Origin: Thermotogota bacterium
GTDB taxonomy: Bacteria; Thermotogota; Thermotogae; Petrotogales; Petrotogaceae
DNA length: 34,625 nt
Direction of reading: 5' to 3'
NCBI GenBank assembly: GCA_051748045.1
Contig: JBNJGY010000022.1
Location: forward strand, 1 to 34,625
The notes beneath the pieces are model-generated. The model saw only the letters and a program-made list of their open reading frames with translations, was not told the origin of the DNA and ran no database searches. This document shows, in pieces, positions 1 to 8,917 of the stretch (positions are counted from its first letter, which is position 1; every line of letters begins with the position of its first letter). The position numbers and the translations under genes are program-made.

Positions 1-2265
1 TAATTTTGTTTTAAATTTATTAATATCATAATTTAATTTTAGTTGAGATTCATCTTTTTTATAGATATCAACATAGTCTTTGAATTCTTTCTTAAAGGCT
101 TTTTTTTGGTCAGTTAGTTCATATATTTCTAAAACCATGTCATTTAGTTTTGATTCTTCAATTAATATTTGATAATCAACTTTGAATTTCTTTTTTATAA
201 AACTATTGAACATATCTTCAAAATGATCACCATATAATGTTTTTATAAAACTATAATTATAAAGCTCTTCAGGAAAAATTTCCATATTCTGTTTTTTTAG
301 TTCGTAAATTCTTTTTGATTGTCGTATAATTTTGTCTCTTAATTTATTTTTTTTATTTAATTTTGGTATTGGTAGTTGTTTTAAATCACCAACTTCTAAA
401 TCTACACTTCCAGCAAGAAATTTAAGAATATAAGTAGTTAACTTACTATTTAAAAGCCCTAAAAAGAAAAAAATATGGTTATTATTTTTTGGGAAAATAG
501 CACTTCCTTTACAATCAAACATCATATTTTTTGGAAGATATCTAAATGTAGAACCTTTTGATGTTGTCATGGTATAGGTTATTCCTTCTCTGAAATAAAA
601 TTGTTTTGAAGGTAAATGGTTTCCAATTTTTTGTAATTCTTTTTTGCTTTTTTCATCATAACTAATCAACCAATAATAATTTCCAAACCATTTTCTATGA
701 GGTCCTCCCTTTACATAAGGAACCCATCTTTTATTTGATTCTTTACCTTCAAAATTAATTTTTCCTTTAGGTATTTCCCAGTTATACCTTAAGAATTTTT
801 TATTATTTCCTGTAGCTATTCCTTGACGGATATCACAATATTCTTCTAAGGTGGTTTGTTTAAATATTTTGTAGAAATCTTTTTTTAACCAATAAACAAA
901 TTTTTCTCCTGGTATGTTTTTAAAAATTTTTTGGTCTATATCATAAATAATATCTGAGTGTTTGTTTAAGTTGAGAAGTGAATTTCTTTTAGAGTCTTTT
1001 TTATCTATATTAGTTAAATTTATAAATTTACTTTTTTTGATGTTTTTTTTAGTTAATATATACAAAGCAGTATCAACTAAAGCATAGTTAAATACACCAC
1101 CTAGTCCAAAATGAACAAATCTTTCTATATTTAATTTGTTTAATATAAGTTTTCTAGTTTCTTCGTATGAAGAAATAAACATAAAAGTTTGAGGTGTAAT
1201 CATTGTAATTACACCATTTTTTTTAACCATTGATTCATTTTTAGCTATAAAACATGTGTATAGATTTTTTTTATAAGAATCATAATATTTTTTAATATAT
1301 ACTTTTAAATCATCACTGTATTCGCTTGAATCTGTATAAGGCGGATTAGCTATTATAAGGTCATATTTTTTAGATAAGATTTCATGAAATTTATCTTTAG
1401 TTTTATTTACTTTCTCATCTGGTAGCAAACTACCTAACAATCTTTCTTCTTCGATATTTTTATCAGGCGAAGATAAATTAAATTTAATATTATTTTTATA
1501 ACCATCTTCCAAAGCTTTAAGAGTTAAAGAAAATTCAGCTATTTGTAAAGCTCTTTCATCGATATCTATTCCATGAAGGTTTTTCTCTAATATATTTTTA
1601 ATAGATTCATCTAATGAAAAACCTTCAGATATATATAAATCTTTCAATTTATCGTATATATATACTAAAAAGTTTCCACTACCGCATGCAGGATCTAATA
1701 TTTTAATATTTAGTGGATTCTCTATTAATTCAAAACTATTATCCACCATATATTTTACTACCCACTCAGGAGTAAATATTTGAGATTTTGTTAGCATGTC
1801 TTTTTGATCAGAATTGTAAAATTGATAAAACCATCCCATAAGATCGTCTTTATTCCAAAAATCATAATAATTTAAAAATTCTTCAATTTCATCATAAGTT
1901 TCATTGTTTAGTTTTATTAAAAACTTGTTTTTGAAATTATTAAAAAAGTTAATTTCTTTTGAAGCTAATTCTATCTGTTCTTCAAAAGACATATTTTCCA
2001 TGTCGAGAGAAGATTTTTCATTCACTATTTTCAAAGAAATTATTGCATTATAATAATTAAAAACAGTATCTTTTTGTATTTCAATATAATCATATCTTGT
2101 TTTGATTTTTTTTGATAAATGTTTAAAATTCTCTTTGGAGACTAAATCTTCAATATAAAAAGCTTCTTCATAAGGTGATAAACCTAAAATTTCCATAGAG
2201 TTTTCTATATCTTCTTTAATTATTTTTTTGATTTTTAATGATAGTTCTTTAATTTTTTGTTCCAT
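1..2265 (-). CDS. pglX: BREX-1 PglX-like N6-adenine DNA methyltransferase (Eco57I/type IIG-like fold); 3' end runs off the window
   Basis: Not in the ORF track; translated by hand. ATG at 2265 with GGAGG RBS (cctcc 2271-2275); frame open to base 1 (>=755 aa, MEQKIKELSLKIKK...). Motifs GWFYQFY, SQIFTPEWVVKYMVDNS, ILDPACGSGNFL (motif I, ~1670-1700), LHGIDID, IANPPY (motif IV, 1336-1350), QGIATGNNKKFLRYNWE, WVPYVKGGPHRKWFGN, YFREGITY, typical of the PglX family. Confidence 0.85.
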   Translation of the reverse strand, partial: MEQKIKELSLKIKKIIKEDIENSMEILGLSPYEEAFYIEDLVSKENFKHLSKKIKTRYDYIEIQKDTVFNYYNAIISLKIVNEKSSLDMENMSFEEQIELASKEINFFNNFKNKFLIKLNNETYDEIEEFLNYYDFWNKDDLMGWFYQFYNSDQKDMLTKSQIFTPEWVVKYMVDNSFELIENPLNIKILDPACGSGNFLVYIYDKLKDLYISEGFSLDESIKNILEKNLHGIDIDERALQIAEFSLTLKALEDGYKNNIKFNLSSPDKNIEEERLLGSLLPDEKVNKTKDKFHEILSKKYDLIIANPPYTDSSEYSDDLKVYIKKYYDSYKKNLYTCFIAKNESMVKKNGVITMITPQTFMFISSYEETRKLILNKLNIERFVHFGLGGVFNYALVDTALYILTKKNIKKSKFINLTNIDKKDSKRNSLLNLNKHSDIIYDIDQKIFKNIPGEKFVYWLKKDFYKIFKQTTLEEYCDIRQGIATGNNKKFLRYNWEIPKGKINFEGKESNKRWVPYVKGGPHRKWFGNYYWLISYDEKSKKELQKIGNHLPSKQFYFREGITYTMTTSKGSTFRYLPKNMMFDCKGSAIFPKNNNHIFFFLGLLNSKLTTYILKFLAGSVDLEVGDLKQLPIPKLNKKNKLRDKIIRQSKRIYELKKQNMEIFPEELYNYSFIKTLYGDHFEDMFNSFIKKKFKVDYQILIEESKLNDMVLEIYELTDQKKAFKKEFKDYVDIYKKDESQLKLNYDINKFKTKL

Positions 2266-2278
2266 AGAATCCTCCGTT

Positions 2279-4309
2279 TCACTTATTGATTTCAAAGCTT
2301 TCTATAATTTCGTTTGTTGGAGTGTATATCTCTGGCGTATCTTTTGAAGGTGCATAAGCAACAGAATAGACTGTAAAAATAGTTTTTTCTTGAAGTATTT
2401 CAACATTTACATAGTTTAGATGCCTTAAAAGTTCAAATTCTTTCCATGGAAGAGGTTCTGCTGTATGAAGTTCGTTTAATTTTGAGCCTCCACCAGCTGT
2501 AGTTATAAAATGAATGCCATCTTTATAATGCCTTTCATATGAATGGATATGCCCGTTGAAAACAGCATCTACTCCGTATTTTTTGAATAAAGGTAACCAA
2601 TGTTTAGTGTTATAATGACCTTCGGGTTTATTTTCTTCCATTTCTCCATATTCTTGTGCTTGTGTCCAGAAAGGATGATGAAAAGATACAAAAATAAATT
2701 TTTCTTTATCTATGTTTTTTAAATCATTTTCCAACCATTCTAATTGAGTTTCGAATTCTGGATTTGTTTCAGTTATATTTGAATCTAAAAAAATAAAATG
2801 AATATTCAAATAATCCATTGAATAGTATCTTTCATTATCTTCTCCACCACCATTAGGAAGATCCAGCGCTTTGTAATATAAAACATCATTATATTCATGG
2901 TTACCAAGAGTAGTATAAACTGGTACTGAACCATTTAATTTATATGATGCTTCAAAATGTTCAGCCCACATGGATTCATCATGACCTTTTTCAACTTGGT
3001 CTCCAACTCTCGCTATAAAACTTGGATATCCATGGTTTTTATATATAGTATCTACAACCAATTCATGTCTTTCATTATGAATTTGAGTGTCTCCGTAAAC
3101 TACAAAATTAAAAGGCTTAAATTCATCTGGAGCTGTTCTAAATTGTCTTATTAAAGAAAGATTTCTTTCGCTTCCATAAGATTCAGGCAATTCTATATAA
3201 TAGTAGTATTTAGTATCTGGTTGTAAACCTCTAATTTCTGATTGATGATATTCTTTTGGATAATTATTTTTGATTTCAGATATTTTTTCTCCATTCTTAA
3301 AAATATGAATTATTGATTTTGAAGGAATAGATGTTCTGAAATTAAAAGTAATTCCATCAGGTTTAACATTTGTCAAAGCTGGTAAATAAAAGAAATCATT
3401 ATTTTGTGATTTCAATTTAATGTTAGTAGATAAATTAAAATACTGTTTTTTTGAAAAATTATCGTTGTCCAATTCTATGTACAAGTTCTCTTTTTCAGGA
3501 TAATAGAATTCATAGTTTCCATCTTTATCTGTATAAGTTTTTGTTAATATGTCTTCAAAAAATTTTTCTTTTAAAGATAAATTTATGTATTCTAAATCAT
3601 TAGCTCCTTCTATGTCAATTTTTCCGGAATATGTTTTATAGTTTATATTTTTTTTATCCATATAGCTTTTATGCAATAAAGCAATGTTCTTTCCTGTTTC
3701 AAATGATCTATTAAAAGAAAAAATATCACCTGGTTTTAATTTTTGAAATTTAGGAGAAGAGAAAATTCTATTTCCATTAGTGAACATTCTTCCTATTTTT
3801 TCTTCATATGATCCATAAATCATAGCAGCATTTTCTATTTGAATTGAAAAAAGGTTTTTGTTTAAAAAACTTTTTGAAATATAATCATGAGGAACTCCAT
3901 CATAACTTAATAATTCATTCATCTTTAAAAGTTGTGATTTATCTGAAATATTTTTGATTTTCGTTATTAATTTCAAAGTATTTCCTTCTATAATATAATT
4001 AGAAACAACTTCGTAATTATCTGATTTTTCTTTTACTTTATAACCAAGTTCTATTGGTTCTATACTGATGTCATTTTTTTCATGGTTTTGGATGATAATT
4101 TTATGTTCACTTAAAAAGCTTATCTTTTTTGCATTAGAATATAATGATTCGATTGTTCCTGTTTCTTCATTTAAAACCAGTGTGACTTGATTATTTTGTA
4201 CGAATAAATTTCCGGAATTTTCAGAATATCCTTTTCTCAAAGTATTATTTGATGTGAATGAGAAAACAGCAATTAAGAGAAAAATACTCAACAATTTTAG
4301 CTTTTTCAT
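2279..4309 (-). CDS. Secreted metallophosphoesterase (purple-acid-phosphatase-like: FN3 + calcineurin-like domain) with a long uncharacterised N-terminal region
   Basis: N-terminal signal peptide MKKLKLLSIFLLIAVFSF; FN3-like H...I.GLQPDTKYYY; metal motifs GDTQ, GDQV, GNHE, HHP, GHIHSYER; RBS ggaggt. Confidence 0.85.
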   Translation of the reverse strand: MKKLKLLSIFLLIAVFSFTSNNTLRKGYSENSGNLFVQNNQVTLVLNEETGTIESLYSNAKKISFLSEHKIIIQNHEKNDISIEPIELGYKVKEKSDNYEVVSNYIIEGNTLKLITKIKNISDKSQLLKMNELLSYDGVPHDYISKSFLNKNLFSIQIENAAMIYGSYEEKIGRMFTNGNRIFSSPKFQKLKPGDIFSFNRSFETGKNIALLHKSYMDKKNINYKTYSGKIDIEGANDLEYINLSLKEKFFEDILTKTYTDKDGNYEFYYPEKENLYIELDNDNFSKKQYFNLSTNIKLKSQNNDFFYLPALTNVKPDGITFNFRTSIPSKSIIHIFKNGEKISEIKNNYPKEYHQSEIRGLQPDTKYYYYIELPESYGSERNLSLIRQFRTAPDEFKPFNFVVYGDTQIHNERHELVVDTIYKNHGYPSFIARVGDQVEKGHDESMWAEHFEASYKLNGSVPVYTTLGNHEYNDVLYYKALDLPNGGGEDNERYYSMDYLNIHFIFLDSNITETNPEFETQLEWLENDLKNIDKEKFIFVSFHHPFWTQAQEYGEMEENKPEGHYNTKHWLPLFKKYGVDAVFNGHIHSYERHYKDGIHFITTAGGGSKLNELHTAEPLPWKEFELLRHLNYVNVEILQEKTIFTVYSVAYAPSKDTPEIYTPTNEIIESFEINK

Positions 4310-4460
4310 GTAACTACCTCCATTTTATAATTATATAAATTTTAGTATAATGTTAATGGTTTTAGTTTATTTTAATATTACTCATTATAATTATAATATA
4401 TATTAGTTTTTTTTAAAAGAAAAATTTTATGAAATTCAAATCTTTGAGGAGGTTGTTATA

Positions 4461-5210
4461 ATGAATTTTTTCATTATTACAGGAACATCAAAAGGTCTTG
4501 GAGAAGCAATTGCTAAGAAGCTAGTTTCTCCAGAAAATCAATTGGCTTGTATTTCACGTTCTAAAAATCTTGATTTAATTGATTTAGCTGATCATAAAAA
4601 CTGTGTTTTGGACTATTATGAATTTGATCTGACTAATACGAAGGATATAAAAGGTTTAATGAGTGAAATATTGAGTAAAATAGATATAAATAAAGTGACA
4701 AAGATTACTTTAATAAATAATGCAGGAACTGTTGAACCAATAAAACCAATGGGAAGGTCTGATGATTCAGATATTCAAAGAAACATTACTCTCAATTTGA
4801 TTTCACCTAGTATATTAATTAATAATTTTATAAAATATACAAAAGACACACCTGTAAAAAAAGATATTTTTAACATTTCTTCAGGAGCGGCAACAAGGGC
4901 TGTATATGGTTGGGCACCTTATTGCTCATCTAAAGCAGGTATTAACTTATTAACCCAAACTGCTGCTTTAGAATTAGAAGAAACTGAATATAATGTTTAT
5001 TCTTTCTCACCTGGAGTAGTAGATACTTCTATGCAAAAGAGGATAAGAAGCTCTTCAGAAGAGGATTTTGTAGAACTAAATAGGTTTATAGGACTTAAAG
5101 AAGAAGGTAAACTTTTAAAACCATCAATGGTTGCAGAGAAGATAATCGAAATATTAGAAAACAACCAGTTAAAAAATGGTGGTATTTACCATATGAAAGA
5201 GTTCATTTAG
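4461..5210 (+). CDS. Short-chain dehydrogenase/reductase, benzil reductase (YueD)/sepiapterin reductase-like
   Basis: TGTSKGLG Rossmann motif, NNAG, ISSGAA, YCSSK catalytic motif; RBS gaggagg. Confidence 0.88.
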   Translation: MNFFIITGTSKGLGEAIAKKLVSPENQLACISRSKNLDLIDLADHKNCVLDYYEFDLTNTKDIKGLMSEILSKIDINKVTKITLINNAGTVEPIKPMGRSDDSDIQRNITLNLISPSILINNFIKYTKDTPVKKDIFNISSGAATRAVYGWAPYCSSKAGINLLTQTAALELEETEYNVYSFSPGVVDTSMQKRIRSSSEEDFVELNRFIGLKEEGKLLKPSMVAEKIIEILENNQLKNGGIYHMKEFI

Positions 5211-5231
5211 TAGTTTAACCCCTTTAAAAAC

Positions 5232-5260
5232 TTGATTATAGTATTTTTTTATGGTAAAAT
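5232..5260 (+). promoter_or_regulatory. sigma70/A-type promoter of hup
   Basis: TTGATT-17 nt-TAAAAT with TG extension (tgg taaaat). Confidence 0.6.
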
Positions 5261-5302
5261 TCTATTATAACTTGTTATAAAAATTTATTAGGGGGTGTTT
5301 TA

Positions 5303-5575
5303 ATGAACAAAAAGGAACTTATCTCAGCCATAGCTGAAAAAATGGATGCATCAAAAAAAGACGCAGGAGATTTTATTGATTCTTTTGTTGAAGTAGTTTC
5401 ATCATCTCTTGAAAAAAAAGAAGATGTTAAATTAGTAGGATTTGGTACTTTTTCTGTATCAGAAAGAAAAGCAAGAAAAGGTGTTAATCCACAAACAAAA
5501 GAACCTATTGAAATTCCAGCGAGAACTGTACCTAAGTTCAAACCAGGTAACGAATTAAAAGAAAGAGTAAAATAA
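5303..5575 (+). CDS. hup: DNA-binding protein HU
   Basis: MNKKELISAIAEK...GFGTFSVSERKARKGVNPQTKEPIEIPA...FKPG signature. Confidence 0.97.
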   Translation: MNKKELISAIAEKMDASKKDAGDFIDSFVEVVSSSLEKKEDVKLVGFGTFSVSERKARKGVNPQTKEPIEIPARTVPKFKPGNELKERVK

Positions 5576-5579
5576 AATT

Positions 5580-5606
5580 AAAAGAGGCTTTTAAGCCTCT
5601 TTTTTT
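5580..5606 (+). terminator. Rho-independent terminator after hup
   Basis: aaaagaggctt-tt-aagcctctttt followed by T run. Confidence 0.85.
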
Positions 5607-5712
5607 ATATTCATCTTTAGTTTACAATTTATATTATCAATATTATATTAGCTTAATAGTATTGTTTTATAATATATAAAGATTAACTCTTATGAGTATG
5701 GAGGTTTTAATT

Positions 5713-6036
5713 ATGGAGAATAAGTTAGAATTTTTTACTATCAGCGATGAAGAAGGAAACGAAAGACATTTTATGTATGTCGATACTTTAGATGTAGATG
5801 GGAAATCTTATTGGATTTGTGATGAAGCATATCCTGATGAAAATGGCGAAGAAATTATCTTAGGAGATAGTGTCGTTTTTAGAGTAACAAAAGAAGGTGA
5901 AGATTTTGTTATTGAATCAGTTGAAGATGAAGAAGAACATAATAAGGTTGCTGAAGAGTGGGAAAAAATAGAAGAAGAAGAATTTGAAGATGGTGACTAT
6001 GAAATAATACAAGTTGAAGATGAAGAAAAAAAATAA
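5713..6036 (+). CDS. Acidic DUF1292-like protein
   Basis: GGAGG at 5700-5704 favours ATG 5713; DEEGNERHF...LDVDGKSY...VVFRV...VEDEEE..KV pattern resembles DUF1292. Confidence 0.7.
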   Translation: MENKLEFFTISDEEGNERHFMYVDTLDVDGKSYWICDEAYPDENGEEIILGDSVVFRVTKEGEDFVIESVEDEEEHNKVAEEWEKIEEEEFEDGDYEIIQVEDEEKK

Positions 6037-6064
6037 TGATGTGCTAAGCACATCATTATTTTTT
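6028..6064. terminator. Bidirectional terminator between DUF1292 gene and beta-galactosidase
   Basis: aaataatgatgtgc-taa-gcacatcattattt long inverted repeat flanked by A and T runs between convergent genes. Confidence 0.85.
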
Positions 6065-7892
6065 AAGTACCTTTTATTTCATATGGATTTAATTCAATAT
6101 TACCAAAAACTTTTTTTTCATGACTGAAGTTGATATATTTACCGTTTATAAATTCAACTTTGTCAGGAAGAATTATATCATAATCAATAAATTCTTTTAA
6201 AAGTTCTATAAAGGAATTCTTTTCTAATACTGTGGAAATATATATAGTTTTATCATCTTCTGATTTTAATATAGCCGCCCTATTTCTTAGTGGACCTGAT
6301 TTCCAAGTTGAATATACTTTTCCTTTTTGGAGTTCAATATCCTCTATCCAATAATTAGATGTTAAATCTTTACCCGATAAAGATATTTCTTCAGTCAATA
6401 TGGCACCAAAATCTTTAATAGTAAATTTCAAATAAGGGAGATCAAATCCAAGTGGTTCTTTTGTTTTTATGTGGTTGTTGTATTCTTTTAACCCAGTCAT
6501 ACAAGTTATAACTGTCTTTTTTTCTCTATTTTCAATTTTTTCTTTTGCTTTAGGAGAAAGATAATAAGCATACGGAACTACTAATAAATCATATTGTTCA
6601 AAATCATCATCATCAAAAACTATGTCTATATTCTTTTTCATTTTTTTAAATGCTGAATATATTTCTATTAAACCCATATAGTAATCAAAATCTTTAGAAA
6701 CGTTGTTAATTTTATGCATCCAATTGCTTTGATAATCAAAATATATTGCTATTTTAGCCTTTTCTCTATTTTCAAATTTCATTTCTTTTAGTTGTTTGAT
6801 CATTTTTAATCTTTCTGAATTTTCAATACTACCATCATACCCAATTATTCCATTGTGGAATTGTTCAGCACCATAAGGTATTGCTCGCCATCTAAAATAG
6901 ACTAAATCTTCAGCGCCATGTAAAAGAGGTTGGATAGAAGCATTTTTAAGCCAGTCAACCGAATAGAAAATATTTTTTTCTTGCCAATTCACTCTACCAG
7001 GTTGTTGTTCCATGATGGTAAATGGTTTTTTCTTGAGAGAATACATCAGATCAAAATTGAAAGCAGTTATCATTGGGTTATATTCTTGAACAGGCATATA
7101 ACTATCATAAGAAATAAAATCATAAAGTTCGTGGTGTTTTTTGTAATCTATTTCACCAAAATTAACCATGAAATTATGAGTAATTGGTTTGTCTGAATAT
7201 TTTTTAATTATATCAATTTGTATTTTGGCGTATTCATGTATTCCTTCTGTAGAAAATCTATAAAAATCTAGCACTTTATGAGGATTCAAAAAAGCATTTG
7301 TTTTTTTAGGAGTTTCAATTTGAGAAAAATCATTATATTTTTGTGACCAAAAAGCCGTACCCCAGTTTAAATTGAGATCGTCTATGTCGTTATAATTTTT
7401 ATCTAGATATTTTCTAAATGACTCGTCACAGTCTTCACAATAACAATAAGTTGTATTTTCACAACCAAATTCATTGTCTATTTGCCAAGCGTATAAAGAT
7501 TCAGACTTTGAGTATCTTTCAGCCATTTTTTCTATAATGATTGCAGAATAATCTCTGTAAACCTGGCTGTTATAACAATAATGTCGTCTACTACCAAAAT
7601 TTCTAACATGACCATATTCATCTTTTTGAAGAATTTCTGGATGTTTTCTAACTAGCCAAACTGGTGGAGTAGCAGTAGGTGTTCCTAGTATTATTTTTAA
7701 GTTCAAATCTTTTGCTTTTTTAAACACTTGATCAAGAATATCAAAATTAAAACGTCCTTCTTCAGGTTCTAAATCTACCCACATAAATTCAGCAACTCTA
7801 ATAATGCTTATACCATTTTTAGCCATGGCTTTCATATCTTTATCAATTCTTTTTCTATCCCAATGCTCTGGATAATAATCTACTCCAAACAT
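6063..7892 (-). CDS. Beta-galactosidase, GH42
   Basis: GVDYYPEHW, AEF.W..LEPEEG, TPTATPP.W, WQIDNEFG (acid/base), CYCEDC, MEQQPG (nucleophile), YFRWR, GAEQFH; ATG overlaps the lacI stop (TGATG). Confidence 0.93.
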   Translation of the reverse strand: MFGVDYYPEHWDRKRIDKDMKAMAKNGISIIRVAEFMWVDLEPEEGRFNFDILDQVFKKAKDLNLKIILGTPTATPPVWLVRKHPEILQKDEYGHVRNFGSRRHYCYNSQVYRDYSAIIIEKMAERYSKSESLYAWQIDNEFGCENTTYCYCEDCDESFRKYLDKNYNDIDDLNLNWGTAFWSQKYNDFSQIETPKKTNAFLNPHKVLDFYRFSTEGIHEYAKIQIDIIKKYSDKPITHNFMVNFGEIDYKKHHELYDFISYDSYMPVQEYNPMITAFNFDLMYSLKKKPFTIMEQQPGRVNWQEKNIFYSVDWLKNASIQPLLHGAEDLVYFRWRAIPYGAEQFHNGIIGYDGSIENSERLKMIKQLKEMKFENREKAKIAIYFDYQSNWMHKINNVSKDFDYYMGLIEIYSAFKKMKKNIDIVFDDDDFEQYDLLVVPYAYYLSPKAKEKIENREKKTVITCMTGLKEYNNHIKTKEPLGFDLPYLKFTIKDFGAILTEEISLSGKDLTSNYWIEDIELQKGKVYSTWKSGPLRNRAAILKSEDDKTIYISTVLEKNSFIELLKEFIDYDIILPDKVEFINGKYINFSHEKKVFGNIELNPYEIKGT

Positions 7893-8917
7893 CAAATTCC
7901 CCCTTTAGTGGATGCTCTCAAAACTAAATTAGTCTCAATTTTCACATCTTCAGTTTTTCTATCAGGTTTTTTCAATCTTTTCATTAAAGTTTTTACTATT
8001 TTTTCTCCCATATTGAATTTGTCATAGCTTACAGTACTCAAAGAAGGAGTAACCATACTAGATAAATCAAGGTCATCATAACCCATAACCCCTACCTGAT
8101 CAGGTATTTTTATTCCTGCTTCATGTAAACCTTTTATAGCACCAAAAGCCAGTAAATCGTTGAAAGTAAAAACAGCATCAAATTTTAATTTTTCTTTTAC
8201 AGCTTTTTCTATAATTCTTTGACCTTCATTTATTCTATGAATCCTATCTAATTTGCCAACTACTTTGTGTAATTTATCAGAATATTTTATACCGTTATCT
8301 TCTAAAGCAGATACATATCCTTGATATCTTTTGTTTTTTCCAATTTTGAATAGAAAGTTATCTATCATCATGATCCTTCTTCTGCCTGATTTTATTAAAT
8401 AATCAACAGCTTCGTAAGCTCCATGGAATTCATCGGTAAAAACATTATCAAATATTTTCCCATCAAAAGGTTGACCTGCTAAAACAGTATTTTGTTTTAA
8501 ATTATAGATATCATAATATCCCATTTTATTATTGATTGGGAAAAGAATTAATCCATCTACTCTACTTTCCAATAATGTCATTATATTTTTTTTTTCGTTT
8601 GGCAATTTCCCCATGGAATTCATTGATATAACATTATACCCATTTTTACTGGCTTCGAATTCAATACCTTTGGAGACTTCTGCAAAAAAAGGATTTGATC
8701 CGTCAGAATATATAACTCCTAACAAACCACTTTTTTTTCCTCTTAATATAGAAGCAGAATAATTTTTTATATATCCCATTTTTTCAGCGGTATTCAAAAT
8801 AACTTCTTTTGTTTTTTCAGAAATGTCTGGATGGTCTTTAAATGCTTTAGAAACAGTGTTTATTGAGACCCCAACTTCAGTTGCTATATCTTTCATAGTG
8901 ACAAATTTCTTGTTCAT
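7892..8917 (-). CDS. LacI-family transcriptional regulator
   Basis: TMKDIATEVGVSINTVSKA HTH; NPFF; FNDLLAFG; GYDD..; PSLSTV; LVLRAST. Confidence 0.95.
   Translation of the reverse strand: MNKKFVTMKDIATEVGVSINTVSKAFKDHPDISEKTKEVILNTAEKMGYIKNYSASILRGKKSGLLGVIYSDGSNPFFAEVSKGIEFEASKNGYNVISMNSMGKLPNEKKNIMTLLESRVDGLILFPINNKMGYYDIYNLKQNTVLAGQPFDGKIFDNVFTDEFHGAYEAVDYLIKSGRRRIMMIDNFLFKIGKNKRYQGYVSALEDNGIKYSDKLHKVVGKLDRIHRINEGQRIIEKAVKEKLKFDAVFTFNDLLAFGAIKGLHEAGIKIPDQVGVMGYDDLDLSSMVTPSLSTVSYDKFNMGEKIVKTLMKRLKKPDRKTEDVKIETNLVLRASTKGGI

Noticed and set aside
340-1055. A8-A9 homopolymer tracts in the pglX-like gene as possible phase-variation sites
   Set aside because: Similar tracts occur throughout this AT-rich window (e.g. 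lacI, hup, GH36) and the frame is intact
5275-5541. 88-aa ORF antisense to hup
   Set aside because: Mirror of a highly conserved gene; no independent signals
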